Shown here piece after piece: positions 29,562 to 38,207 of a stretch of DNA of 64,000 bases (within the stretch, counting starts at the first letter, position 1; every line of letters starts with the position of its first letter). The stretch is from an uncultured virus (IMG/VR IMGVR_UViG_3300042558_003703). Taxonomy: Duplodnaviria; Heunggongvirae; Uroviricota; Caudoviricetes. Below the pieces are notes generated by a model. That model did not search any database and was not told the DNA's origin. It saw only the letters and a list, made by a program, of their open reading frames with translations. Both the position numbers and the translations under genes were made by a program. The stretch is from the IMG/VR virus record IMGVR_UViG_3300042558_003703. One strand, written 5' to 3'.

Positions 29562-30564
29562 TTGCTGCAACAAACTGGTCGCGGGCGAGATTCTTCCCTT
29601 TTGATTCACATTGAATATCGAAGTTATCTGTAAATCCTGCGACCCATTCATTTACAGCCTGATTCCAATAAAAATCCGAATGCGCACGAAGTTTCTGCTT
29701 CTTGTATCCTGCAGCCAATAACGCAGGCATGTCCGGTAGTGTATTCGGATCGTGTCCTACCAATACATCTTCGCGACTAACGCTGTAATGCATAGCAGGA
29801 CGTACACCGCGCCAGGAATCCAATACACGCTTAACGCGATCCGAATTCGGGTCAAGATACTCTCCCTCTCGACACCAATGGTGGTGAATATCCAAAACAA
29901 TGGGAACAACATCACCAAGACTGAGACAATCATCTAACCCCCATGAATTTTCTTCGTTTTCGATTGTAATAGTATTCCTAGCTTCCGGGGAGAGGCGATC
30001 CAGGACACGCCTAACACCCTCGGGACCTTGACGCCCGCTGATGTGTACGTTGATTTTAAAATCTTGGAAACTTTTACCATATCCCATCCATCTAGCCATG
30101 TCTGCATGATACTCAAACTCCTCTATAGATCGTTCAACAATATTTTCGTTCACACTAGCTAGGACACAAAACTGTCCGGGGTGAAAACTCAGTCTCACTC
30201 CCAACTGTCTTGCTCGTTCGCCAATGGGTGCAAATATCTGTTCCAAGTGTCGTTGTACATCGGCCTGTTGCCACCACGCAATCCAGTCAGGTTCGGTGTA
30301 GCCTTGCAGCATTTCGCTGCCCAGGCGAACCATACGCAGGTGTTCAGGCAAACTACCTACTCGTTCAACCATGCGCAAGGCAGCGGCAGTATTGTGATTC
30401 ATAATGTCCCACTGACGCTGTTCTGCTTCGTTTTTGTGTTCACGTAGCCAACGCATGGTGGTACTGCGACCATTTAGGTCTCGGCTTTCGCTAGTGGGTT
30501 TACGGCCAGCACATTCCGCTGGGTGATCGATCCATTTACAACAGAAACCTACTTTACCCTTCAT
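29554..30564 (-). CDS. uvsE: UV-damage endonuclease UvsE/UVDE
   Basis: RLSFHPGQF, IENEE, VLDIHHH, MHYS, RAHSD, ESKGK. Confidence 0.92.
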   Translation of the reverse strand: MKGKVGFCCKWIDHPAECAGRKPTSESRDLNGRSTTMRWLREHKNEAEQRQWDIMNHNTAAALRMVERVGSLPEHLRMVRLGSEMLQGYTEPDWIAWWQQADVQRHLEQIFAPIGERARQLGVRLSFHPGQFCVLASVNENIVERSIEEFEYHADMARWMGYGKSFQDFKINVHISGRQGPEGVRRVLDRLSPEARNTITIENEENSWGLDDCLSLGDVVPIVLDIHHHWCREGEYLDPNSDRVKRVLDSWRGVRPAMHYSVSREDVLVGHDPNTLPDMPALLAAGYKKQKLRAHSDFYWNQAVNEWVAGFTDNFDIQCESKGKNLARDQFVAAIS

Positions 30565-30769
30565 GGGGATCCTTTAAGTCATGTGCAAAAATAAAATAAA
30601 ACCATGTGCGATCTTTGCTTTCTGTAAATCGAAATCGTATGTTGCGCGATCCTTCGAAGTCCCAACGACCTCCACGATTACCAAAATTTTGTCGGCAATA
30701 CTTTACCATCTTAACAGCAACTTGTTGGTCACTAATATATTTAGAATGTAGTTCGGAAGCGTTCTTCAT
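30554..30769 (-). CDS. Small hypothetical protein, FxxxxDxxxF family
   Basis: YCRQNFGNRGGRWDF...FRFTESKDRTWF. Confidence 0.55.
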   Translation of the reverse strand: MKNASELHSKYISDQQVAVKMVKYCRQNFGNRGGRWDFEGSRNIRFRFTESKDRTWFYFIFAHDLKDPHEG

Positions 30770-31311
30770 TGTGCTAGTAATTGTAGCACATTTCCTAAAG
30801 AGTCGCAAGTGAGATTGGAGAGGTCTTGAAAGTTTTTATAAAGGTCTTTGGGATGATCAACCAAGACCCATTGTGTATCAGGGTGCTGTTTGATCACGCT
30901 CAGCACATGTCCGTAATAGTGTCGGTTATTTGTATCAATCGAAATTAAATCAAATCCCAGCATCAATATGATATCAGCACTGGTATTGGCCAAATGTAGT
31001 GCTACGATGTCGTCGGTGTGTTGCATGTCGTGTTGAAATGATCCACCGTATCGTTGTACCCTGTCAGGTTTATCTAATTCGTGGTATAAGGAATTGGACA
31101 CATAAAAGTTACAGCCTTCGTTAAACTTGCGATCAATGAGTTCTATGGCCTTGGGTTTATTGTTGCAAATAACATTGTCAGTGCCGCATCCACGCCAAGT
31201 GGTCCAACTGCCCCAAATTGGACCAACATTCTTAATTGTATCTAAATTGATGGTGGGATCAAATTGATATCCTTCGGCAATGACCCAGCTGATGTTCACT
31301 CTTGTCTCCAT
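30766..31311 (-). CDS. Hypothetical protein, possibly glycosyltransferase/MAF-like fold
   Basis: ALHLA...IILMLGFD motif; sits in a sugar-modification operon. Confidence 0.5.
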   Translation of the reverse strand: METRVNISWVIAEGYQFDPTINLDTIKNVGPIWGSWTTWRGCGTDNVICNNKPKAIELIDRKFNEGCNFYVSNSLYHELDKPDRVQRYGGSFQHDMQHTDDIVALHLANTSADIILMLGFDLISIDTNNRHYYGHVLSVIKQHPDTQWVLVDHPKDLYKNFQDLSNLTCDSLGNVLQLLAQ

Positions 31312-32210
31312 GTGTCCAATGTAACACAATGAAATCCGCCACCTAATGTACGGCTGTGTCTTAATTCGTGCGGAATCACAGTAAAACTCCATTGCTCTAG
31401 TTTGCGTATTAGTTCGGGTTGTTTTCGATCTACAATTACAGTATGCGGATCTACGACCAACATGTTCATAGCAATCCATTTACTGGCATAAGGGTACTGA
31501 TAAAAACTTTGCGGTACCACTTGATCAACGTAAATCTTATCCCAGGTTTTAAATACCTGCGGGCAGTTGGCTGCATTGACTCTGGTGCCATTCAACAACA
31601 CAAGACCTTCTCTAAGTGGGACTACAGTAGAATCAATATGCACACCTGCATAGAAATTACAAGTTTCTACTTTCCAATTTGGCAAGTGTGTATCTAACCA
31701 TACTGCTGCTGCTCGATTACCACTGGCACTTTCCAAGTACAGCAAAGTATCGTTGAGTCTGCAGATATTGGCTGCGTCTAATACAAAGTCTGATTCTTTG
31801 GGCATCTCCAAAACTTGGTTGTTTTGCATGACTGCCTGCAATGCTTGTGTTTCTATATTGCGACATGGATAATGCATATTGGTATCAACAACAACATCGC
31901 CGGCAATCAACAAGCGATCTCTAGGACAATAGTTATACATACCATCTAGTGCAATAAAATCCATGTCGGTGGGACGATGTACTGTTACTCCTGCAGTCAG
32001 CAGAATATCGCATAGTCCTGACAGATCTTCATTTGTTTCATCTACAATCCATTGCGGTACTGGGCCTGCAGGCAACGGAGTATCTTTCCATAATGTAGTT
32101 TTTTCTTCGGCACGAAATACAGGATCGTGCTGTGGCCAATTGGCGTTGGTAGCTGTTCCTACTATTATTTCACGCAGTGTATCCCACTCATTCCACGAAG
32201 ATATTTTCAT
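31296..32210 (-). CDS. Amidinotransferase (glycine/inosamine-phosphate amidinotransferase family)
   Basis: SWNEWDTLREIIVG, CPRD, DAAN, HIDST, GGGFHCVTLD catalytic motifs. Confidence 0.9.
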   Translation of the reverse strand: MKISSWNEWDTLREIIVGTATNANWPQHDPVFRAEEKTTLWKDTPLPAGPVPQWIVDETNEDLSGLCDILLTAGVTVHRPTDMDFIALDGMYNYCPRDRLLIAGDVVVDTNMHYPCRNIETQALQAVMQNNQVLEMPKESDFVLDAANICRLNDTLLYLESASGNRAAAVWLDTHLPNWKVETCNFYAGVHIDSTVVPLREGLVLLNGTRVNAANCPQVFKTWDKIYVDQVVPQSFYQYPYASKWIAMNMLVVDPHTVIVDRKQPELIRKLEQWSFTVIPHELRHSRTLGGGFHCVTLDTWRQE

Positions 32211-32730
32211 CTGGTACGCCTGTAATTTGTAATGTATAACGATCTGTTGTGCCAACGTTGGCTGCTAAATGCTCGACGGCATTGCGCCATACTACGTATT
32301 CGCCTGCCGGCCATTCAGTTTCTGGTTCACCGTCGATTTCAAAGTAATGCCCTGACTGCCAGTTTTCTAAAAATACAACAGCTCTAAATATTGTAGCAGG
32401 GTCTTGTATACTGTAAATCTCGCGGAATCGAGCATAAGTGTCAGCATGGTTAGGTAATACTGTACCAGGCCCCATACGATACACGCTCCAGCTAAAGTGT
32501 TGCCATGGGAAGTGTTGCCGGAAAGGTGCAATCCAAGCAGGTTCTGGTTTACGCATATCATACATGTCGCCGGTGAATCTTGTCTGTGTATAACCCAGTT
32601 CCTGCCATTGAGCTAAACTAACAGGATCGTTAAAAGGTTCGTTGACGTAAGGCAAGTCTCTGTGTGACGATCCCCACCACGTGTTTGTTATCCAGCCGTT
32701 GGACCACTTAAACTTGTCTGGTATTGCCAT
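32188..32730 (-). CDS. 2OG-Fe(II)/cupin dioxygenase-like protein
   Basis: PGTVLPNHAD...HLAANVG..DRYTLQITG (HxD...H...R). Confidence 0.7.
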   Translation of the reverse strand: MAIPDKFKWSNGWITNTWWGSSHRDLPYVNEPFNDPVSLAQWQELGYTQTRFTGDMYDMRKPEPAWIAPFRQHFPWQHFSWSVYRMGPGTVLPNHADTYARFREIYSIQDPATIFRAVVFLENWQSGHYFEIDGEPETEWPAGEYVVWRNAVEHLAANVGTTDRYTLQITGVPDENIFVE

Positions 32731-33955
32731 AGTGTACGACCTCCTTGACTCCGGGCATGTCTTTGGGCAAACGTCTCCAAGGATCAACCACCACAGAACC
32801 AGGTTTGATGTCAAAGTAAAATGTGTCTTCGCCTGCTTGGCCTGTATAACCGTAGGTGATATAACGATTGTGTGCCATCAAAACCACAGCAGGCCATTTG
32901 ATTAATTCAGGTGCTGCAACATGTTGAGTATCGTCTGCCAAAGGATCCACATAGGTAATGTCTCGGCCGCCTTCTACAACATAGTATCCAACCAAGGTTG
33001 AATAACTTCCAATGCAGTAAGGAACATCAGGCTTGTAGGCTTTTCCATGTATGACAATAGGCAAGGCATGATATTCGGACAAATCCAATAGATACTGTGC
33101 CATGTTTTTAGCTTGTATTTCACGAGCATGCATGATTGTATCAAATAAATCGTATCCGATATTGTATTCTTGTGCTAGCCAACGCAGAGCAATGTTGTCT
33201 CTGGGATGGCAAGCACCAGAATCGCCCATGCCGGCGGTCATGTATTTAGGTCCCATGATTCGCATGGTGCTTTTGGCCAAGGCATTGGTAACTACATCTA
33301 CATTGATATTGCCAATTCGGATAGCAAAATCTTGTATCATGTTGGCCAGGCCCACTTTGGCACTGATGAAAGTGTTGTAGAAAATTTTGATGGCTTCGCA
33401 TTCGTCCCAGGTACCAATCTCGTAGCGTGGATTATTCTGCATGATGGTTTTGTACAAGTCAATTAACTCACCGGCTAAGGCCGTAGGGTTTCCATCTTCG
33501 GTTCCGATCATGATCATTTCTGGGTTGACCATGTCCCATTTAACCGAACCCATGGCAATCAAGTAAGGATTATATAAAAATTTGTGTTTAGAGTCTAATT
33601 CTGTTACAAACTTACGCCGTGTTGTACCGGGCAGCACAGTGGAAATCAACACAACCTTTTTGGGTGAAGTAGCATGCTGATTAATCAACGCAATGGCGTC
33701 GAGTACTGCATCATGCCCAAAGTCTCGCGGAGTCATGTGACTACTAGGTACAGATCCGTCATATCCTTCGGCATGTGGGGTAGGAACAGCTATAAAGATC
33801 CAGTCACTGAGGTTGATAGTTTCTTCAGCCGACGAAACTTTTACCTGGTCGCTGAGTCTTGGGTAAATATCATAACCTCTCACTGTGTGCTTTTCTGCAA
33901 ACACCTCTGCGCAGTCTAGACCGAGTTTTCCTAATCCAATAAAACCAATATTCAT
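32708..33955 (-). CDS. UDP-glucose/GDP-mannose dehydrogenase family protein
   Basis: GLGKLG, IAVPTP, STVLPGT, KIFYNTF, GACHPRD, AYKP. Confidence 0.92.
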   Translation of the reverse strand: MNIGFIGLGKLGLDCAEVFAEKHTVRGYDIYPRLSDQVKVSSAEETINLSDWIFIAVPTPHAEGYDGSVPSSHMTPRDFGHDAVLDAIALINQHATSPKKVVLISTVLPGTTRRKFVTELDSKHKFLYNPYLIAMGSVKWDMVNPEMIMIGTEDGNPTALAGELIDLYKTIMQNNPRYEIGTWDECEAIKIFYNTFISAKVGLANMIQDFAIRIGNINVDVVTNALAKSTMRIMGPKYMTAGMGDSGACHPRDNIALRWLAQEYNIGYDLFDTIMHAREIQAKNMAQYLLDLSEYHALPIVIHGKAYKPDVPYCIGSYSTLVGYYVVEGGRDITYVDPLADDTQHVAAPELIKWPAVVLMAHNRYITYGYTGQAGEDTFYFDIKPGSVVVDPWRRLPKDMPGVKEVVHYGNTRQV

Positions 33956-33966
33956 AACATCTCCAA

Positions 33967-35244
33967 ATGACAGTGCCTGTACATAATTTATACGACTTTG
34001 TTCACCAAGTTACAAAAAATAAATACTTTCTTTTGTATTTTTATCCCTGGGGCGAACGAGCTATCGAAAATGCAATCTTTTATCAAATTGATAATCAGTG
34101 GCTAGACGGACCTAAGGGAATATCCATTGAGGACCGATCTAAATTGCCTCTTAAATATTCCGCTGCCATGGAACTCGATCGAGTTTCTCTAATTCAGCCC
34201 ACGATTCTTTGTCACGATCAAGAACCACTTAATTATTCTTTATATCACAAGGATTCCAAATATGTTAATAAAATTTTTCAATACTGGCAAAATAAAAACG
34301 GATCTCTGTTGCTTGACAGTTTTAAAAATATCAATTTACGACTAGCTCTTCCGTACTCTCTTCAAAAAAGCTGGATATTGTTACATTCAGAACTTAATTC
34401 ATCAGAGCTAAAACTTTACGAAGATACAGGTCGATTTTGCGGTGCATATTGGTGGAGTCATGCTGTTATAGCCAGAGATTGGTATCGCTATGCTGAATAT
34501 GATCTGTCCTTGACACCAGTAAGCACATCAAAAAAAATATTTCTCTCTTATTGTCGAGATACCACAGGATCAAGGCAATATCGTAAAGATTTCTTGAATT
34601 TGGTATCTCATAATAGAATATCAGATCAGTGCCAAACACAATCTTTTGACGGTGCAGATCACGGAGCAGAATCCAGTGCTGTTTACAATTCAGAAGATTT
34701 CAATAACACGACAATTAGCGTGGTATTGGAAACTGTGTTTGACAACAGAATACATTTAACAGAAAAAATCTTAAGGCCAATTGCATGCGGGCATCCTTTT
34801 ATTTTAGCAGCCGGGCCAGGCAGTTTAAAACTATTAAGATCCTACGGATTCCATACGTTTGCTGGTTATATAAACGAAAGTTATGACGACATACAAGATG
34901 CTCAAGAGCGACTGGCTGCTATTGTGTCAGAAATGCGGCGTATTGCATCATTACCAAAAAAACAGTTCGATAGTTTGATACAAATATTGAGATCCATTGC
35001 CGAATTAAATCGCAAAAGATTTTTTTCTCCAGAATTTCATCAGCAAGTAGTCGATGAACTAGAAAGAAATGTTGCTGCAGCATTTTTTACTCACGCAGGA
35101 GAATTAGATTTAGATATGTGGTGGCAACAACGTCGAGAAAAAAAACAACAACTTAAAACCAAACTTGTACTTTCCCCAACCACACCTCTAGTACCACTTT
35201 ATCGACAGCAGCGACTGGCTCGGCGAATTACTCGCGAACAATAA
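33967..35244 (+). CDS. Putative glycosyltransferase-like protein (ET...TEKxxxPI family)
   Basis: VVLET...HLTEKILRPIACGHPF...LRSYGFHTF...ESYD. Confidence 0.6.
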   Translation: MTVPVHNLYDFVHQVTKNKYFLLYFYPWGERAIENAIFYQIDNQWLDGPKGISIEDRSKLPLKYSAAMELDRVSLIQPTILCHDQEPLNYSLYHKDSKYVNKIFQYWQNKNGSLLLDSFKNINLRLALPYSLQKSWILLHSELNSSELKLYEDTGRFCGAYWWSHAVIARDWYRYAEYDLSLTPVSTSKKIFLSYCRDTTGSRQYRKDFLNLVSHNRISDQCQTQSFDGADHGAESSAVYNSEDFNNTTISVVLETVFDNRIHLTEKILRPIACGHPFILAAGPGSLKLLRSYGFHTFAGYINESYDDIQDAQERLAAIVSEMRRIASLPKKQFDSLIQILRSIAELNRKRFFSPEFHQQVVDELERNVAAAFFTHAGELDLDMWWQQRREKKQQLKTKLVLSPTTPLVPLYRQQRLARRITREQ

Positions 35245-35584
35245 TGCCGGCCCAGCTGTCGTCTAATTCTGTGTCGCGCAGTTTGTCCACACGTTGCAAG
35301 ATGGAATCGTAAAAACTATCCAGCTCTCCATTCCAGCGTCCTTTGAGATGTTCGATAGCATCAATACAGTAATTCCAATTCTTCAAGGCATAGTTGCGTA
35401 ACACATTGTTGTGCAATTCAATATCTTTGTCTATTCTTATCATTTCTGTAATCGGCACAGTTTCTATTAGACAGTAGGCTACACGAGTTTGATCAATCTC
35501 AGCAAAATAAAATGTGTCCAGCTGCAAAACAGTATACCTGTTTTTGATGTCGTCTGTTAAGGAATCACCGAACATTATGTTCAT
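35228..35584 (-). CDS. Hypothetical protein
   Basis: 118-aa ORF coupled to clpS. Confidence 0.65.
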   Translation of the reverse strand: MNIMFGDSLTDDIKNRYTVLQLDTFYFAEIDQTRVAYCLIETVPITEMIRIDKDIELHNNVLRNYALKNWNYCIDAIEHLKGRWNGELDSFYDSILQRVDKLRDTELDDSWAGIIVRE

Positions 35585-35883
35585 GCCACGTCCGGTTCCA
35601 GTTTGATTTGCAAAGGATAGCCTTCGCTTCGTGCGCTGACTGTGATTTCAATACCTTTTTGCTCGGCTAATTCATAAGGTAAGACTGCTACCACTGCAGA
35701 ACCGGCGCCGTGTATATCCATGGTAATTTTTTCGGCTGTGACTGCATCATACTCGAAGTATTCAATCAAGCTGCCGATTACAAATTCAATCGAAGTTTGA
35801 TCGTCATTCATGTAGATAATCTTATACATGGGAGGCTCTTTTAACTTGACGCTGATTTTGCTTTTGGTTTCAATTTGTGACAT
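35581..35883 (-). CDS. clpS: Clp adaptor ClpS
   Basis: PPMYKIIYMNDDQT..FV...IHGAGSAVV....ELAEQK...YPL. Confidence 0.92.
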   Translation of the reverse strand: MSQIETKSKISVKLKEPPMYKIIYMNDDQTSIEFVIGSLIEYFEYDAVTAEKITMDIHGAGSAVVAVLPYELAEQKGIEITVSARSEGYPLQIKLEPDVA

Positions 35884-35900
35884 GCTGGTCCTTGTGTGAC

Positions 35901-35925
35901 ACAAGGCTGCAGGATGCAGCCTTGT
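35901..35925. terminator. Hairpin between hsp20 and clpS
   Basis: ACAAGGCTGCA-GGA-TGCAGCCTTGT. Confidence 0.6.
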
Positions 35926-35937
35926 TTACTGTTGAGG

Positions 35938-36393
35938 TTATTTGATTGAATTGTCTAACGTTGGGATCTGGTTGTTGATAGCAATCTTTCTGGGCTTTTG
36001 TGACTCAGGAACAATGCGCTCCAATCCAATGGTCAAGATGCCATCTTGGAAGTTGGCTTCCTGGACTTCCACATATTCACCCAAGGTCCAACTGCGTACA
36101 AAATCGCGGTTGCTGATGCCATGATGCAGATACTCTACTTCCAACTGCTCCTGTCGATTGCTACGCACAGTTAAAGAACCTTCGTGAAATTCAATATCAA
36201 TCTCACCGGGTCGAAAGCCAGCCACCGCTAACCGAATTTCGTAAGTTTCGTTGCCGGTCTTGACAATGTCGTAGGGAGGGTAATTGTTGTTTGTGGTTCC
36301 ATCCAACTGTTTGGTGATGCGATCAAACAAACGATCTACTCCAACAGAATTGCGGTAAAAAGGGGTAAGGTCTAGTGATGTAATTCTAGTCAT
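35938..36393 (-). CDS. Small heat-shock protein Hsp20 (IbpA-like)
   Basis: GVDRLF, NYPPYDI, LAVAGF, YLHHGIS.R.F, DGILTI.L...PE..KPRKI. Confidence 0.95.
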   Translation of the reverse strand: MTRITSLDLTPFYRNSVGVDRLFDRITKQLDGTTNNNYPPYDIVKTGNETYEIRLAVAGFRPGEIDIEFHEGSLTVRSNRQEQLEVEYLHHGISNRDFVRSWTLGEYVEVQEANFQDGILTIGLERIVPESQKPRKIAINNQIPTLDNSIK

Positions 36394-36450
36394 GTTGTTC
36401 TCCTATTAAGCAAGTTTGACTATGTAACAAGACCCGTTAGGCATCTTGTA
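36391..36450 (-). promoter_or_regulatory. ROSE-like RNA thermometer in the hsp20 5' UTR
   Basis: CUUGCU-UAAU-AGGAG hairpin with bulged G over the SD, preceded by hairpin ACAAGA...UCUUGU. Confidence 0.65.
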
Positions 36451-36488
36451 CGTTTATTTATTATAGCACGATCACAATCGTAAAACAA

Positions 36489-36755
36489 TCATAATGGTTG
36501 ATCACGTTCTCGGTCTGCAATAATTCGGAAATTATGCCACCAATCAGCATTAGATGGTGGATTCCAGGTCAGTTTAAAAAGCACATAATAACGATCATCG
36601 TCGAAGCAAATCCGATGAATCAATTTGACAGTTTTTTCTTGATAAGTTATGTTGTGGCGCTCGGCCCACTTGGCAATTTCTTGCGATATTCGACGTGCAG
36701 CATGCATAGGCAAAAATCCACCGCGTTCAGCTGGCAAGTAGAACTCAATCAACAT
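36489..36755 (-). CDS. Small hypothetical protein, FxxxxxxxxFxLxW family
   Basis: ICFDDDRYYVLFKLTW. Confidence 0.6.
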   Translation of the reverse strand: MLIEFYLPAERGGFLPMHAARRISQEIAKWAERHNITYQEKTVKLIHRICFDDDRYYVLFKLTWNPPSNADWWHNFRIIADRERDQPL

Positions 36756-36976
36756 CAGTACATTTTTTTGGGAAGTTCTTGGCTGCGCAGGTACTTTTTC
36801 CAGCGACTCTTGGCCTGTGCTGCTTTGACTTTTTTTCGTGTGGTTGGTTTAACAAAGGTTTCACGTTCGCGCAGTTCTAACAACAGACCTGACTCGCCGA
36901 TCTTCTTCTTGAACTTGCGCAGGGCACGTTCGATGTTTTCGTCGTTGACGATCACAGTTCTTCCTAGTAATTTCAA
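36755..36976 (-). CDS. rpsU: 30S ribosomal protein bS21
   Basis: NIERALRKFKKK...LLELRERETFVKPTTRKK. Confidence 0.92.
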   Translation of the reverse strand: MKLLGRTVIVNDENIERALRKFKKKIGESGLLLELRERETFVKPTTRKKVKAAQAKSRWKKYLRSQELPKKMY

Positions 36977-38199
36977 TCTATTTTCCTTTCAAGTACGGTA
37001 GGATTATTTACCTGGGTTTTATCGATCACTACACGATTAATTTTATCCCGTTGATACTGTTTTAAATGAAACATGTGAGGCATTAGGATGCTTTCTAATT
37101 CAGCGTGTAGGGCACGAGCACCGGTGCCAGAGTCCATGGCACGATCAACTACCACATCAACAGCATCTGCAGTAAATTCTAGTTCTACTTGATCTTGTTC
37201 AAACAGCCAGTGATACTGCTGTATCAAATTGTTTTTGCTTTGAGTAAGAATATTTCTAAGGTCAGCCCGTTCCAAGATATTCAAACAAACCAAGCCGGGA
37301 AATCGTCCTATAAATTCTGGAATCATCCCAAATTTTACCAAGTCATCCGGAGTAACTTTTCCCAACATGTCTTGCTTGGCCACATCAAGTTTTGATCCGA
37401 ACCCAATGGCAGTTCCTTGTGTTCGAGTTTTGATTATGTTGTCTAGACCGACAAATGCGCCGCCGGCAATGAACAAAATATCTGTGGTATCTACTTCGAT
37501 CATTTCGCCGCCTGGATGCTTTCTACCGCCGCTCGGAGGTACTCGACAAACAGTGCCTTCTACCAACTTCAGCAGGGCCTGCTGTACTCCTTCACCACTG
37601 ACGTCTCTAGTGATGCTGCTGCTTTCGCTTTTGCGAGCAATCTTGTCAATTTCATCAATGTAAATGATACCGCGTTGTGTTTTTTCAATGCTGTTGCCAC
37701 TGGCAGCATACAGTCTTGCTATCAAAGATTCAACATCGTCACCAACATAGCCTGCTTCAGTAATGCTAGTAGCGTCAGCGATCACAAACGGCACATCAAG
37801 GTATCGTGCCACTGTCTTGGCCAACAAGGTTTTTCCGGAACCACTGGGGCCAATCATTAAAATATTGGCCTTGGCTATTTCCAAGTCTCTATCAGCACTG
37901 GCAATATTTTTAATACCAAGCACTCGTTTATAATGATTTATAATTGCCACACTCAATATGATCTTGCCTTGATCTTGTCCAATCACATATTGATCAATGA
38001 ATTTTTTCAACTGCATGGGGTCTGCGTTCGGTACGATCTTTGTGTCAACTGAATCTGCTACAGCATCTTCTTTCAACAGTGTTTCACAAAATTCTACACA
38101 TTCATTACAAATAGCAACATCGTCGCTGACAATGAGTTTTTTTACTTCTTCTTTCTTCTTACCGCAAAAACTACAGACATGTTTGATTGCGTTTGTCAT
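36973..38199 (-). CDS. clpX: Clp ATPase ClpX
   Basis: CSFC...CNEC zinc domain, GPSGSGKT, EAGYVG, DEIDK, RKHP, IGF loop, GAR. Confidence 0.97.
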   Translation of the reverse strand: MTNAIKHVCSFCGKKKEEVKKLIVSDDVAICNECVEFCETLLKEDAVADSVDTKIVPNADPMQLKKFIDQYVIGQDQGKIILSVAIINHYKRVLGIKNIASADRDLEIAKANILMIGPSGSGKTLLAKTVARYLDVPFVIADATSITEAGYVGDDVESLIARLYAASGNSIEKTQRGIIYIDEIDKIARKSESSSITRDVSGEGVQQALLKLVEGTVCRVPPSGGRKHPGGEMIEVDTTDILFIAGGAFVGLDNIIKTRTQGTAIGFGSKLDVAKQDMLGKVTPDDLVKFGMIPEFIGRFPGLVCLNILERADLRNILTQSKNNLIQQYHWLFEQDQVELEFTADAVDVVVDRAMDSGTGARALHAELESILMPHMFHLKQYQRDKINRVVIDKTQVNNPTVLERKID

Positions 38200-38207
38200 T
38201 GTGTTTC

